A stretch of 64,000 bases of DNA. Source: an uncultured Pelagibacteraceae bacterium (GTDB taxonomy: Bacteria; Pseudomonadota; Alphaproteobacteria; Pelagibacterales; Pelagibacteraceae). The first letter of the stretch is position 1, and every line of letters begins with the position of its first letter. A program made the translations under genes and the position numbers. Shown one piece after another: positions 52,835 through 64,000 of this stretch. The notes below the pieces were generated by a model. The model made no database searches. It had not been told where the DNA came from and saw nothing but the letters and a program-made list of their open reading frames with translations. Location of the stretch: the NCBI GenBank assembly GCA_902636025.1, contig CACPQG010000001.1, positions 131,770 through 195,769 on the forward strand. The letters run 5' to 3'.

Positions 52835-53998
52835 TTACTTGTTAAATACTGATGCTTTATCAGTTTTTTCCCATGAAAATGATCCATCACTGCCTGGATC
52901 TCTTCCAAAATGTCCATAGGCAGCTGATTTTTCGTATATTGGTTTATTTAATCCTAGCATTTCTCTAATTCCTCGTGGGCTAAGATCAAAATTTTCTTTT
53001 ATAAGTTTTTCCACGTGTAGATTTTTTTCTTCATCGTTACTGAACAAGTCCACATAAATAGATAAAGGTTTTGATACTCCTATTGCATATGCTAATTGAA
53101 TCAAACATTTATCTGCAATTTTTGATGCCACAATATTTTTTGCTAAATATCTAGATGCATAAGCCGCAGATCTATCAACTTTGGTTGGATCTTTACCTGA
53201 AAAAGCTCCACCGCCATGGGGTGCTGCACCTCCGTACGTGTCTACAATAATTTTTCTCCCAGTTAAACCACTATCGCCATCTGGTCCACCTATTACAAAA
53301 TTCCCTGTTGGATTAATATAAATTTCATTTTCATCTAAGTTCCCTAGCAAATTTTTAGGAATAGATCTTTCAATATACGGAATACAAAGTTCTTTTACTT
53401 TTGCTAAATTCACGTCTTTTGAATGTTGTGTAGAAATCACAACTGATTTTACAGCTTTTGGTTTGCCATCTTTATATTCAATAGTAATTTGGCTTTTTGA
53501 GTCTGGCTCTATTCCTTTTAACTTTCCAGATTTTCTATCTTCAGCCATAAGTCTTAAGATTCTATGTGAAAAATGAATTGGGGCCGGCATGAGTACATCG
53601 GTTTCGTTGCATGCATATCCAAACATGATTCCTTGATCTCCAGCGCCTTCATCTTTATTTCCTGATGAGTCAACTCCCATAGCTATATCAGCAGATTGAG
53701 AGTGTAAATGGCATTCTATTTTAGTTGCTTCCTTATAGGTAAAACCTTCCTGATCATATCCAATATCTTTTATACAACCTCTAACTTTAGAAATTAATTC
53801 GTCTTTATTTATATTTGGTCCTCTTGTCTCCCCTGCTAAAACAACTTTGTTAGTGGTCGTTAATGTTTCACATGCCACTCTTGCTTGAGGTTCCAAGCCT
53901 AAATATGTGTCTACAACCATGTCTGAAATTCTATCGCAAACTTTATCTGGATGTCCTTCTGATACGGACTCACTAGTGAACAAATAATCTTTTTTCAT
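52835..53998 (-). CDS. metK: S-adenosylmethionine synthetase
   Basis: [35 protein letters not shown]. Confidence 0.98.
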   Translation of the reverse strand: MKKDYLFTSESVSEGHPDKVCDRISDMVVDTYLGLEPQARVACETLTTTNKVVLAGETRGPNINKDELISKVRGCIKDIGYDQEGFTYKEATKIECHLHSQSADIAMGVDSSGNKDEGAGDQGIMFGYACNETDVLMPAPIHFSHRILRLMAEDRKSGKLKGIEPDSKSQITIEYKDGKPKAVKSVVISTQHSKDVNLAKVKELCIPYIERSIPKNLLGNLDENEIYINPTGNFVIGGPDGDSGLTGRKIIVDTYGGAAPHGGGAFSGKDPTKVDRSAAYASRYLAKNIVASKIADKCLIQLAYAIGVSKPLSIYVDLFSNDEEKNLHVEKLIKENFDLSPRGIREMLGLNKPIYEKSAAYGHFGRDPGSDGSFSWEKTDKASVFNK

Positions 53999-53999
53999 T

Positions 54000-55541
54000 T
54001 TATTTTTTCTCCCTATTTGTTTTTAAAAAAAAAATTAAGCTAATATAAATAGCAATAAAATAAAAGAATATATTATTCCCATATTTTGAAAAAAAAGTTT
54101 TATTTGGGTTTTTTATTTGTTTAATTTCAATTACTCCCTCATAAGTTGACTCAAATATTTGAGAAACTAATCCATTTGGATCTATCATTGCAGATGTTCC
54201 ATTATTAGTTGATCTAATAATGCTTTTCCCTTCCTCAATAGATCGAAAGATTGAGTGAGAAAAATGTTGATGTGGTCCTATTGATTCTCCAAACCATCCA
54301 TCTTCGGAGATATTTATAATTAAATCATAATTATTTGTCTTTGAGAGACTACCAGAATATATAATTTCGTAACAAATTAATGGTAAAAAACTAATAGCAA
54401 ATTTCTGATTTTCTAAATTAATTACATTTCTCTTTTGACCTGGAGAATATGAGTTATAAAAATTTGTAATAGTTTTCATGCCTAAATTTTTCAAAAACTT
54501 TTCTAAAGGTAAAAATTCACCGAACGGAACAAGATTATTTTTGTTATAAGATTCAATTAAATCTAAATTATGATTTACTACAGCTAATGAATTAAATATT
54601 TTTTTATTAACAGAGTTGTTTATTCCAAATATTATTAAATGATTTTCACTAAAATTTTCTTTGAAAATATTTTGGTATTTTTTTAAACTATTCAAATCTG
54701 TATTATTAAATATTCCTTCAGGCCAAACAAATATAGTTTTGATGTCTTTATCTGGAGAACTGAGTTTGATTAAATTTTTAAGTATCTCATTTTCGCTTTC
54801 AGTGTAATAAAATCGTTCAATACTTACTTTGGGAGAAATCACCTTAATAATAAAATCATTATTATTTAAGGGTGTATGTTTTGATTCATTCAATTTAATT
54901 TCGCCAAATATGATTCCTGAAAGTATTAAAGCTCCGAATGATATAATAAAATAATAATCGAACTTTGTTCTTTTCAAATATAAAAAGGACGGAAGAAGAA
55001 ATAAAGTAATACAAAATAAATTAAAACTATAGGTACCAATCAATGAAAGTGTCTGTAAGATTGTTAAAAATTCAGATAATGAGAATGATATCAAGTTCCA
55101 GGGAAAGCCTGATAAAATATTTCCCCTAAAAAATTCTAAAACTGACAGTAGAACTGAAAAAGTAAGGATCAAAGAAATATTATTGAATTTTTTAAAAAAA
55201 GAGAGAAAAAATGTAGCGAGACCATAAAATATGCCAAGAAATAATGGGATAAACAAAAAGGCAATTGGAATAAATACTTTAAATGTTTGATCAAATGTAA
55301 GTGATATTGTTATCCAATATAAACTGGAAATGAAATATCCAAAACCAAATATCCATCCTTTTAAAAAATACTCTGATTTAGTTAATTCAAATTTTTTTTT
55401 AACTATGAAAATAAATAAAGCCGGAAAAGTAAAAAAATTAATTATAAAAAAATTATATGGTGGAAGACTTAAGGAGCTTAATACCCCCAGAAAAAAGATA
55501 AATGCATAAGGAAATAGTTTTTTTTTAAAATTTATTTTCAA
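54000..55541 (-). CDS. lnt: Apolipoprotein N-acyltransferase
   Basis: [22 protein letters not shown]. Confidence 0.95.
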   Translation of the reverse strand: MKINFKKKLFPYAFIFFLGVLSSLSLPPYNFFIINFFTFPALFIFIVKKKFELTKSEYFLKGWIFGFGYFISSLYWITISLTFDQTFKVFIPIAFLFIPLFLGIFYGLATFFLSFFKKFNNISLILTFSVLLSVLEFFRGNILSGFPWNLISFSLSEFLTILQTLSLIGTYSFNLFCITLFLLPSFLYLKRTKFDYYFIISFGALILSGIIFGEIKLNESKHTPLNNNDFIIKVISPKVSIERFYYTESENEILKNLIKLSSPDKDIKTIFVWPEGIFNNTDLNSLKKYQNIFKENFSENHLIIFGINNSVNKKIFNSLAVVNHNLDLIESYNKNNLVPFGEFLPLEKFLKNLGMKTITNFYNSYSPGQKRNVINLENQKFAISFLPLICYEIIYSGSLSKTNNYDLIINISEDGWFGESIGPHQHFSHSIFRSIEEGKSIIRSTNNGTSAMIDPNGLVSQIFESTYEGVIEIKQIKNPNKTFFSKYGNNIFFYFIAIYISLIFFLKTNREKK

Positions 55542-55993
55542 ATTTTATTTTTCACCAAATTGTAAAGTTTTAACTCTTCTTTTTGCATTTTATTAAAATC
55601 TCTTTTTTTCTTATGATCAAATCCCGCCAAATGTAAAAAACCATGGATAAAAATTTTTGCAACTTTTTTTTTAAATTGAACTAAACTCGTAGTTATAGGT
55701 TTATTCATAAATTCATAACTTATAACGATATCCCCTAAATAAAAAAAATTTTTGTCTATACTTTTTCTTATTGGAAAAGATAAGACATCAGTAGCTTTAT
55801 TTTTTTTTCTAAAAACTTTATTTAATTTTTTTATTTTAAAGTTATTTGATAACAATACTGTTATTATTATTTTTTTATTTTTTGAAATATAACCAGTTGG
55901 TAGATTTTTCAAAATTTTATTAAATATTTTAGAAATATTTCTATTTTTTTTTTTCCAGGCTGTGTTATCAATGATAACCTCAGCTTTTATCAT
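55538..55993 (-). CDS. ybeY: rRNA maturation endonuclease
   Basis: ATDVLSFP, LGDIVIS, HGFLHLAGFDH. Confidence 0.96.
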   Translation of the reverse strand: MIKAEVIIDNTAWKKKNRNISKIFNKILKNLPTGYISKNKKIIITVLLSNNFKIKKLNKVFRKKNKATDVLSFPIRKSIDKNFFYLGDIVISYEFMNKPITTSLVQFKKKVAKIFIHGFLHLAGFDHKKKRDFNKMQKEELKLYNLVKNKI

Positions 55994-56987
55994 TTTTTTG
56001 ATCTGAATAAGCTTTTACAATTTTTGAAACTAGTGGATGTCTAACAACATCCAAATGATCAAAATCAACAACTGAAATTTCATCTAAGTGACCTATTAGT
56101 TTTTTAGATCTATTTAAACCTGATAAGGATTTATTCGGTAAATCAATTTGTGATGGATCACCATTAATAACTATTTTTGAATTCTCTCCAATTCTTGTTA
56201 AAAACATTTTTATTTGTGTGTCTGTTGCGTTTTGGGCTTCATCTAAGATTGCAAAAGAATTTTTTAATGTTCTACCACGCATAAATGCAAGTGGTGCAAT
56301 TTCTATATCCCCAATTTCTATTTTTTTTTGAATTTTTTCAAAGTCCAGCAAATCATATAAAGAATCATAAAGTGGTCTAAGATATGGATCGACTTTTTCT
56401 CTCATATCCCCTGGTAGAAAACCAAGTCTTTCACCCGCCTCTACAGCTGGTCTAGATAAAATTATTCTTTCAATTTTTTTTTCTAAAAGCATAGTTAACG
56501 CTATAGCAACAGCCAAAAAAGTTTTGCCAGTACCTGCAGGGCCAGTAGAGATTATTATTTCGCTTTCTTTAAGAGCTCTGACATATTTTTTTTGCTTTTC
56601 AGATCTAGGAATAACTGATTTTTTTGGTGTTTTGATTATATATTCAATTTTTTGACCAGTATTACTATTTTCGTTAATCATAAACTTATTAATTGATGAT
56701 AATATATCTTTTTTCTCTATCGTGCCATTATTTATAAATTGGTCTGCAAGAAACATAATTGCATTTTTTACAATTTCATTATTTTTTTGATCACTTTTGA
56801 TGATTATTGAATTTCCTCTAAAATATAAATTTATTCCAGTAAGTTTCTCAAGTTCTTTTAAGTTCTTATTGAATTCACCGACTACACCCATCAATATATT
56901 ATTATCTTGAAATATTACACTCAGACTATCGTTATCTGAATAAACAAATTTTAAATTACTCTTTAGGTTTGGTCTTGCTCTATTCAA
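55980..56987 (-). CDS. phoH: PhoH-like ATPase (YbeZ)
   Basis: GPAGTGKT, RPAVEAGERLGFLPG, RGRTL, DEAQN. Confidence 0.95.
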   Translation of the reverse strand: MNRARPNLKSNLKFVYSDNDSLSVIFQDNNILMGVVGEFNKNLKELEKLTGINLYFRGNSIIIKSDQKNNEIVKNAIMFLADQFINNGTIEKKDILSSINKFMINENSNTGQKIEYIIKTPKKSVIPRSEKQKKYVRALKESEIIISTGPAGTGKTFLAVAIALTMLLEKKIERIILSRPAVEAGERLGFLPGDMREKVDPYLRPLYDSLYDLLDFEKIQKKIEIGDIEIAPLAFMRGRTLKNSFAILDEAQNATDTQIKMFLTRIGENSKIVINGDPSQIDLPNKSLSGLNRSKKLIGHLDEISVVDFDHLDVVRHPLVSKIVKAYSDQKNDKS

Positions 56988-58329
56988 TTTTATGCTGCCT
57001 TAAATCTTTTTTTTTGTGTAATTCTCCAAATAAAGTATTTTGATTAGTCTTTGTTACTTTCACCTGAACAATATTACCAATTAAATTCTTGTTACCCTCA
57101 AAAATGACTGAGTTCATGTATTCATTTCTTCCAAATAATTTGTTTTGTCCTTGAATTTCATTTTCCACTAAAACATCTATAAATTTATTTTCAAAAGACT
57201 TATTTTTTAATTTTTGATATCCAAATAGTTTTTCCTGAACAATTTTTAGTCTTCCCTTTGAAATTTCATCCTTTATTGGCTCAAGTTTTGAAGCTGTAGT
57301 ACCAGGTCTTGCACTATAAATAAAAGAATATGAGTTAATAAATTTTAATTTATCTATTAGTTTTATTGTATTCTCAAAATCCTTAGTTTCTTCTCCTGGA
57401 TATCCAATAATAAAATCACTTGAAAATTCTATTCTATCGTTAACTCCTTTTAAATAATTATACGTATTAATATATTCCTCAACCTTATGTTTTCTATTCA
57501 TTAATTTTAAAATCTTATCTGAACCTGATTGAATAGGTAAATGAACGAATGGCATTAATTTTTTTGAAACTTTATAGCAGTCTAATAAATCTTTAGTCAT
57601 ATCTCTCGGATGAGAAGTGGTATAACGTATTCTTTCAATACCATCAATTTTTTCAAGAGACATTATTAAATCTGAAAGTCTATACTCTTTATTGAACTCT
57701 TGATAACTATAAGCATTTACATTTTGTCCTAATAAAATAATTTCTTTAGAACCATTTTGAACTAATACATTGGCTTCGTTTAATATTTGATCAAAAGGTC
57801 TAGAGTATTCTGGTCCTCTTGTATAAGGCACAACGCAAAAGTGGCAAAATTTATCACATCCTTCTTGAATTGTTAAGAAAGAGGAAACTTTACTTTTTTT
57901 ATTTTTTATTTTGTCCAGATAATTAAATTTTTCCAAGGTATCAAAATCAGTAATTTCATTTTTAAATTTATTTTTTTCAAATTTTAAAATAGTTTCATTT
58001 AGCTTGTGATACGATTGTGGTCCAATAACTAAATCTATATACGGCTCCCTCTTAAGCATTTCAGTATTTTCGGCTTGTGCAACACATCCTGCTACTATCA
58101 CTAATGGTTTTCTTTTATTAAGAAACGTTTCCCTTACTCTACCAATTTCATGGTAAACTTTTTCTTTGGCTTTGTCTCTTATATGACATGTGTTTAAAAT
58201 AAAGCAATCAGCTGAATTTAAATTCTCAGTTTTTTTATACCCAATTATTTTAAGTGCATCAGTTATTTTATCTGAATCATAAACATTCATCTGACAACCA
58301 AATGTTTTAACAAATACTTTTTTTGACAT
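56980..58329 (-). CDS. miaB: tRNA-i6A37 methylthiotransferase
   Basis: TFGCQMNVYDS, GCDKFCHFCVVP, TRAM domain. Confidence 0.97.
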   Translation of the reverse strand: MSKKVFVKTFGCQMNVYDSDKITDALKIIGYKKTENLNSADCFILNTCHIRDKAKEKVYHEIGRVRETFLNKRKPLVIVAGCVAQAENTEMLKREPYIDLVIGPQSYHKLNETILKFEKNKFKNEITDFDTLEKFNYLDKIKNKKSKVSSFLTIQEGCDKFCHFCVVPYTRGPEYSRPFDQILNEANVLVQNGSKEIILLGQNVNAYSYQEFNKEYRLSDLIMSLEKIDGIERIRYTTSHPRDMTKDLLDCYKVSKKLMPFVHLPIQSGSDKILKLMNRKHKVEEYINTYNYLKGVNDRIEFSSDFIIGYPGEETKDFENTIKLIDKLKFINSYSFIYSARPGTTASKLEPIKDEISKGRLKIVQEKLFGYQKLKNKSFENKFIDVLVENEIQGQNKLFGRNEYMNSVIFEGNKNLIGNIVQVKVTKTNQNTLFGELHKKKDLRQHKIE

Positions 58330-58760
58330 TAATTATTTTTTTTTTTGACGCCGTATAGTTCGAGTTTATGATCAACTAAATCATATCCGTATTTCTCTGC
58401 TACTTTTTTTTGTAAATTTTCTATTTCATTATCTACAAACTCTATAATTTCGCCTGTTTTTACATCTATCAAATGATCGTGATGACTTTCTCTTAATTCT
58501 TCATACCTAGCTTTGCCGCCTTTAAAATCATGTTTTGTTAAAATTCCCGCTTCTTCAAACAGCTTAACTGTTCTGTACACTGTTGCTATACTTATTTTAG
58601 GATCAATTTTAAGCACTCTCTTATAAAGTTCGTCAACATCTGGATGGTCTGATTCTCCATAATTTTTTTTTGACTCTGAAACAACTCTTGCAATTGTCTT
58701 TCTTTGATCGGTAAGTTTTACACCTTTTGCTAGACATTTTTGCTCTATACTATCTGACAT
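58329..58760 (-). CDS. fur: Fur/Mur family metalloregulator
   Basis: DHPDVDELY, SIATVYRTV, HHDHLID. Confidence 0.9.
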   Translation of the reverse strand: MSDSIEQKCLAKGVKLTDQRKTIARVVSESKKNYGESDHPDVDELYKRVLKIDPKISIATVYRTVKLFEEAGILTKHDFKGGKARYEELRESHHDHLIDVKTGEIIEFVDNEIENLQKKVAEKYGYDLVDHKLELYGVKKKNN

Positions 58761-58769
58761 AAGTTTATT

Positions 58770-59180
58770 TTAACTTAAATAAATAGGTTTAATCAAATTT
58801 TTTTTAACATTATATTTATTACATAAATTAGGCAATTCTATCAGATTTTTTAAATTATTTGGCTCATCTTTAATATTTTTTTTATCTCTAAAATCAAAAC
58901 TACTATAGGAATAATAATCAATTTGATTTGATAAATGTATAGCTTTAACAATTGATAAGGAATTTCTTATACCAGCATAACTGCCTGGTCCTCTATTAAC
59001 ATATATTCGTTTAATTTTATTTAAATTAGTTTTATATTTTAATAAGAATTTATTAATTAATATTGTCAGTTTATCATAATTCTTTTTACTATTAATGTGA
59101 GTCACTGTATAAACATTTTTATTTGATATGAGGCCTAATAAAATATTTTCGTTTGTTGCATCTATTATTAACATATTCAT
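58770..59180 (-). CDS. tsaB: Truncated TsaB (YeaZ)-like protein
   Basis: MNMLIIDAT, VNRGPGSYAGIR; position upstream of fur-miaB; about 136 aa. Confidence 0.75.
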   Translation of the reverse strand: MNMLIIDATNENILLGLISNKNVYTVTHINSKKNYDKLTILINKFLLKYKTNLNKIKRIYVNRGPGSYAGIRNSLSIVKAIHLSNQIDYYSYSSFDFRDKKNIKDEPNNLKNLIELPNLCNKYNVKKNLIKPIYLS

Positions 59181-60186
59181 AATTTTTTTCTTTTTTACTT
59201 CTAGTGTAAAATCAGAAGAAAATAAAATTAAATCTTTTGCTAATGACAAGGGTATTCTCTCAATTATGTATCATAGATTCAATGAGAATAAATATCCATC
59301 AACAAATATACGGATGGAAATTTTTAAAAAACATATAGAGATTATAAAAATGAAAAATTATAATTTCCTGAATCCAGTAAATTTCGATGAAAATTTTCTC
59401 AAAGTTAAAACAAATAAAGAAATATTAATTACAATCGATGATGGCTTTTCGTCTTTCTACGAGCACGCTTGGCCATATTTAAAAAACAATAAAATTCCAT
59501 TTATTTTATTTATTTCTACTGAGGCGGTAGGAAAAGATGGATATATGAACTGGGAACAAATTAAAGAAATAGAAAGAGAAAATTTCGCGTTTATAGGCAA
59601 CCATTCTCATTCTCATGAATATTTATTAGAATTCAGCCTTGATAAATTTAAAAGTGACATAATAAAATCAATAGAAATTTTTAAGGATAATTTAGGATAT
59701 AATCCTATTTATTTTTCTTATCCATTCGGTGAATTTAGTCTTGAACATGCTTCTTTTATAAAAAAACATTTCAAATATGGTTTTGGTCAGCATTCAGGAG
59801 TCATAGATGTCAATAAGGATCCCTATGAACTTCCAAGATTTCCAATGAATGAAAAATATGGAGATTTAGAAAGATTCAAATTCAATATAGATTTGTTACC
59901 TTTGGAATTTAAAAAAGTAACACCTGAAGATAAATATATCACTAGTAATAATCCACCTAATTTAGAAATTGAGTTTTTTGAAGGTCAAAATAATTTAAAT
60001 AATATTAATTGTTTTTCGGATGAAGGTGCTGGATGGAAAAAGACAAATATAAAATTAAATAATAATAAATTAGTTGTTAATTTTTCAGATAAATTTAATT
60101 TTAGAAGAGGGAGGATAAATTGTTCACTTAATGACATTGATGGTTGGAGATGGTTTGGTTTACAATTCTCCGTAAAACAAAATTAA
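59128..60186 (+). CDS. Polysaccharide deacetylase (CE4), exported
   Basis: IMYHRF, ITIDDG, NHSHSH, FSYPFGE, LPRF. Confidence 0.9.
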   Translation: MRPNKIFSFVASIINIFIIFFFFTSSVKSEENKIKSFANDKGILSIMYHRFNENKYPSTNIRMEIFKKHIEIIKMKNYNFLNPVNFDENFLKVKTNKEILITIDDGFSSFYEHAWPYLKNNKIPFILFISTEAVGKDGYMNWEQIKEIERENFAFIGNHSHSHEYLLEFSLDKFKSDIIKSIEIFKDNLGYNPIYFSYPFGEFSLEHASFIKKHFKYGFGQHSGVIDVNKDPYELPRFPMNEKYGDLERFKFNIDLLPLEFKKVTPEDKYITSNNPPNLEIEFFEGQNNLNNINCFSDEGAGWKKTNIKLNNNKLVVNFSDKFNFRRGRINCSLNDIDGWRWFGLQFSVKQN

Positions 60187-61313
60187 ATAATATTTTTTAA
60201 TTGAATGCTTGATGGAAGTAATTTTGCTTTATCAAAATCCTGTAAATTATTTTGTTTAATTATTTTTTTTATTATTTTAGTATATTCTTTTCCTGTCGCC
60301 GCATATTTATCTAAATAATCAGCTAAATGTAAACTATCTAAATCAATATCCGCATCTCGCATTTTAGCTCTTTCTGATCTAAATGATTTGTAGCTCCCAT
60401 GAGTATTTAAGTTTCTTTGATATGCTCTTACAGATGCTTTTAGTACCTTAAATTTCATAACCTTGTGTTTTGAATTTTCTGGATCAACTCCAGCTGGCTT
60501 TATTCCCTCACCAGACCATGTCCATTGTCCAAATAATGCATTTCCTTCAATAGCAAATCTTGAGGTTCCCCATCCTGTTTCTTTAGCTGCTTGAGCCAGT
60601 GCTAAAGATACTGGAATGATATCCATTCTAACTTTTAATGTGGACAAATCATTGTTTATAACTCCGTATTGTTTAAATTTGGATTTAAGCCATTTTTTCT
60701 CAGCATCAGAGTTCATATTTTTGTTGAGTATTGTAAATAGTTTTTTCCTATCAATCTTAATTCTCTTGTTCTCTTCCAAGATTAAGGGAAGAATTATTTT
60801 TATAAATAAACTTTTCTTTTTTTTAGTGCTCTCAATATTTTTAATTTCAGATGGTAAAAGAGAAAGCCTTATTGGTTTAACAATTTTAGTTTTTCTAACG
60901 TTTTCAAGATTATAATTTGTATCTTTAAAAAGTTGGTTAATTGTTGATGCACTTAACCTAACTGTGTCTGTTGGAACCTCATCAATAGAAAATATGTCCT
61001 CAAACAAATTTTTAATATCAAGACCTTCATCGATATTTTTTTGTCCAATTTCTTTACCATCTAACACTCTTTGAAAGTCTATGTTAGAATTGTTATCAAC
61101 TGTAGATTTATTAATTTTGATATTATCCTTAATGTTTACTGAAAGTGGAATAAGTGAAAAAATTAAGATTAATACGAATCCAGATAAAACTGTAAAGTAA
61201 AAGCTTTTGAATTCTGCTAAATTAAAATTATTCTTCTTTTTCTTTACAACAAATCCCCTTTCAACAAGTATCTTTTTTAAAGACTGAAGATTTATTTTTT
61301 TACTTTTTAACAT
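60183..61313 (-). CDS. Bax-like glucosaminidase (GH73) domain protein
   Basis: LALAQAAKETGWGTSRFA, NALFGQW, NLNTH. Confidence 0.88.
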   Translation of the reverse strand: MLKSKKINLQSLKKILVERGFVVKKKKNNFNLAEFKSFYFTVLSGFVLILIFSLIPLSVNIKDNIKINKSTVDNNSNIDFQRVLDGKEIGQKNIDEGLDIKNLFEDIFSIDEVPTDTVRLSASTINQLFKDTNYNLENVRKTKIVKPIRLSLLPSEIKNIESTKKKKSLFIKIILPLILEENKRIKIDRKKLFTILNKNMNSDAEKKWLKSKFKQYGVINNDLSTLKVRMDIIPVSLALAQAAKETGWGTSRFAIEGNALFGQWTWSGEGIKPAGVDPENSKHKVMKFKVLKASVRAYQRNLNTHGSYKSFRSERAKMRDADIDLDSLHLADYLDKYAATGKEYTKIIKKIIKQNNLQDFDKAKLLPSSIQLKNII

Positions 61314-61330
61314 ATCAGTTAAACTTAATT

Positions 61331-61873
61331 CTAAACTGCTTCAACCTGTTTAACGTCAGGGATATAGTGTTTGAGCAGATTTTGAACTCCTTGTTTTAGT
61401 GTTATAGTCGCACTGGGACATCCAGAACAGCTTCCTTGTAGTTTTACTTTAACCACACCGTCTTTATACTCTAAAAATTTTATGTCACCACCATCATTGG
61501 CAACTGCAGGTTTGACTTTGGTTTCCAAAACATGAATAATTTTTTTTTCTATGTCTTGTAAATTTGGGTTTGTGGCACCATCTGAATTTTTGTCAATTAT
61601 TAGTTCATTCCCTTCCAAAAAAAATTCATTTATTAGTGAGATGACAATATGCTTTATATTCTCCCAATCACACTTTTCTTTTTTATTAATGGACAAAAAA
61701 TCGGATCCTAAAAAAATACTTTCAACACCATCGATCGATAATATATTTTTTATAAGATAATTATTTGTAATATCATTTTTTTTAAATTCTATTGCACTAG
61801 CGTTAGAGACTTTTCTTCCAGGAAGAAATTTTAACGAATTTGGATTGGGTGTTTTTTGTGTCTGAACGAACAT
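61331..61873 (-). CDS. NifU/NfuA-type Fe-S carrier
   Basis: TPNPNSLKFLPG, PAVANDGGDI, GSCSGCPSA. Confidence 0.93.
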   Translation of the reverse strand: MFVQTQKTPNPNSLKFLPGRKVSNASAIEFKKNDITNNYLIKNILSIDGVESIFLGSDFLSINKKEKCDWENIKHIVISLINEFFLEGNELIIDKNSDGATNPNLQDIEKKIIHVLETKVKPAVANDGGDIKFLEYKDGVVKVKLQGSCSGCPSATITLKQGVQNLLKHYIPDVKQVEAV

Positions 61874-61915
61874 AATCTATATATAGTTAATTATTGTTAA
61901 ATTTGAAGTTTTTTT

Positions 61916-62917
61916 TCAAAAACCTATTATTTTTTTTATATCTTCTACCTTTCTTTTTGCAATTTCCTCTGCTTGAGAAGATCCATTCTTTAGTATTTTA
62001 TCAATATATTCCTTATCCTTTAATAATTTATTAATTTCTATTGAAATTGGATTTATTTTTTCAATTAATGTCTCTGCTAATTTATTTTTAAACTCAGAAA
62101 AATTTTTTCCTTTGAATTCATTTATTGTAGTGTCTAAACTTTGGTCATTTATACTTGAGAAAATTCCAAAAAGATTTTTTAGCTCTGATCTCTTATTTAG
62201 GTTCTCATCATCATGTGGAAGTGGATCGCTATCAGTCTTTGCTTTTCTAATTTTATTTATAATTTGATCCTTATCATCTGTAAGATTAATTCTACTTTGA
62301 TCTGATAAGTCGGATTTACTCATTTTTTTTGTTCCATCTTTTAAACTCATAATTCTTGAAAAATTTTTTTGAATTAAAGGCTCAGGAACTGTTAAAAAAT
62401 TTTCACATTTAAAATCTAAATTAAATTTATTAGCTATATCTCTTGTAAGTTCTAAATGTTGTTTTTGATCTTCACCTACAGGAACATGAGTGGAGTCATA
62501 CAATAAAATATCTGCAGCCATTAATATTGGATAAATATATAGTCCAACACTTGCTTTCTCTTTATCTTTTCCTGCTTTTTCCTTAAATTGTGTCATTCTG
62601 TTTAACCATCCCATTCTTGCTACACATCCTAAAAGCCAAGCTCCCTCTGAATGGGAAGGAACCATAGATTGATTAAATATTATGCTTTTAGTTGGATCAA
62701 TACCACTAGCTAAAAATACCGCCGTAGTTTCTCTGATGTTTCTTTTTAAAATTTCTGGATTTTGCTTAACAGTTACTGCGTGTAGATCTACTACACAATA
62801 AATACAATTATTTTCTTTTTCTTTTTGAAGATTTACAAAATTTTTAATTGCGCCCAAATAATTTCCTAAATGTAAATTGCCCGATGGTTGTACACCAGAA
62901 AAAATTTTTTTAGACAT
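61916..62917 (-). CDS. trpS: Tryptophanyl-tRNA synthetase
   Basis: [32 protein letters not shown]. Confidence 0.98.
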   Translation of the reverse strand: MSKKIFSGVQPSGNLHLGNYLGAIKNFVNLQKEKENNCIYCVVDLHAVTVKQNPEILKRNIRETTAVFLASGIDPTKSIIFNQSMVPSHSEGAWLLGCVARMGWLNRMTQFKEKAGKDKEKASVGLYIYPILMAADILLYDSTHVPVGEDQKQHLELTRDIANKFNLDFKCENFLTVPEPLIQKNFSRIMSLKDGTKKMSKSDLSDQSRINLTDDKDQIINKIRKAKTDSDPLPHDDENLNKRSELKNLFGIFSSINDQSLDTTINEFKGKNFSEFKNKLAETLIEKINPISIEINKLLKDKEYIDKILKNGSSQAEEIAKRKVEDIKKIIGF

Positions 62918-62922
62918 ATCTC

Positions 62923-64000
62923 TTAATACTTTAGTTTAATATCTGAGATTTTGAAAGCCTTTGTAAGGATTGAAATTAACACATAGATTATAAATGTTGC
63001 AAGAACAATCATTACAATAGTAATTAGCTTATAGTCATTTTTATAAGTAAGAAAATCTCTAAAATAATTGATAAATTGGTAGAAAATAAATGAAGTAAAT
63101 AAAGATGAAAAAATAATTTTCATAAATGAATAAATAAATGAGTCACTAAAAGTAAAATATTTTTTTTGGATTATAAAAACGAATAAGAGAGTTGCATTTA
63201 TCCAGGATGATATTGTTGTTGCGATAGGAATTATAATAAATCCAATTTTTTGAAAAAAAAGAACACTTATAAGTATATTAATTGCCACAGAATAGACTGA
63301 AAATTTAAATGGTGTTTTAGTATTTTGTCTAGCAAATATGTAACTCGAAAATACTTTAATTAACGCAAATGCAGGAAGACCAAATGCAAAGTAATACAAG
63401 GCCTTTGCAGAGTTTTTAACACTTAAATGATCAAAAGATCCATACCCAAAAAGCGCTGAAGTAATTTGTTCAGATGCAATTAAAAGAGCTGCAGTTGCTG
63501 GAAGACTTAAAAATAAACTTAGTTCAAGAGATTTATTTTGTATAAAAATTATTTTTTGTTGATTTTTTTTTTCAACGTATTTGCTCAAGTTTGGTAGCAA
63601 CACCGTACCAATCGCAATTCCAGCAATAGCTAAATTTATCTGGTAAATTCTATCTGCATAATAAAGATATGAAACAGCACTAGCTTGGAATGATGCAATT
63701 ATTGTGCCAACTAAAATATTTATTTGTGTAACTCCAGAAGAAAATATACTTGGAAATAGCTTTTTAAAAAAAATTTTTAATTTACTGCTAAAGTCAATTT
63801 TTAAAGAAAATTTTGGAAAATACAATTTTTTTGTAAAAAAAATTAAAAAAAGTAATTGCAAGACACCTGATATACTTACTGCATAGCATAGATAATATAC
63901 TAATCCATCGTTTAAATAATTTGCAAACAAAAGTGTTATGATAAGCAATATATTTAAAATTATTGGTGCTGCAGAAGCAATTGCAAATTTATTATGCGAA
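62923..64000 (-). CDS. murJ: Lipid II flippase (3' part, start outside window)
   Basis: [30 protein letters not shown]; murJ-trpS synteny. Confidence 0.93.
   Translation of the reverse strand, partial: SHNKFAIASAAPIILNILLIITLLFANYLNDGLVYYLCYAVSISGVLQLLFLIFFTKKLYFPKFSLKIDFSSKLKIFFKKLFPSIFSSGVTQINILVGTIIASFQASAVSYLYYADRIYQINLAIAGIAIGTVLLPNLSKYVEKKNQQKIIFIQNKSLELSLFLSLPATAALLIASEQITSALFGYGSFDHLSVKNSAKALYYFAFGLPAFALIKVFSSYIFARQNTKTPFKFSVYSVAINILISVLFFQKIGFIIIPIATTISSWINATLLFVFIIQKKYFTFSDSFIYSFMKIIFSSLFTSFIFYQFINYFRDFLTYKNDYKLITIVMIVLATFIIYVLISILTKAFKISDIKLKY

Noticed and set aside
59181-59249. Longer TsaB start given by the ORF track
   Set aside because: TsaB homology begins at MNMLIID; the extension is antisense to the deacetylase coding sequence.

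Overview
Very AT-rich, tightly packed alphaproteobacterial core-genome segment. Gene content, minimal spacers and pervasive stop/start overlaps point to a SAR11 (Pelagibacterales) chromosome; this is an inference. It carries translation genes (pheS', rplT, rpmI, infC, thrS, rpsT, rpsO, rbfA, infB, nusA, pnp, trpS), gltDB, dnaA-dnaN, argH-lysA, ubiEB-coaBC-dut, fabABI, metK-lnt-ybeY-phoH-miaB-fur, katG, tRNA-Arg(ACG) and tRNA-Leu(CAA). I found no CRISPR array, integrase or transposase. Signals not shown by the ORF track or not obvious from it: (1) a complete stand-alone transcription unit (TTGACA-17-TAAATT promoter, leader hairpin, SD, terminator) encoding a 21-aa protamine-like peptide, MAKRRKKAKKKKAKKRRKKRR, convergent on a CarD with a histone-like basic N-tail and an acidic C-tail; (2) an orphan ~28-nt piece resembling the 3' end of alphaproteobacterial tmRNA inside a small accessory slot between fabI and pnp; (3) a cis-CaaD/Cg10062-type hydratase in that slot with all six catalytic residues in register; (4) tandem NrdR-like boxes upstream of dnaA and a Suv3-like helicase; (5) an Irr box (ICE) at a katG-DUF2061 cassette; (6) several signs of reduced tRNA-modification machinery.
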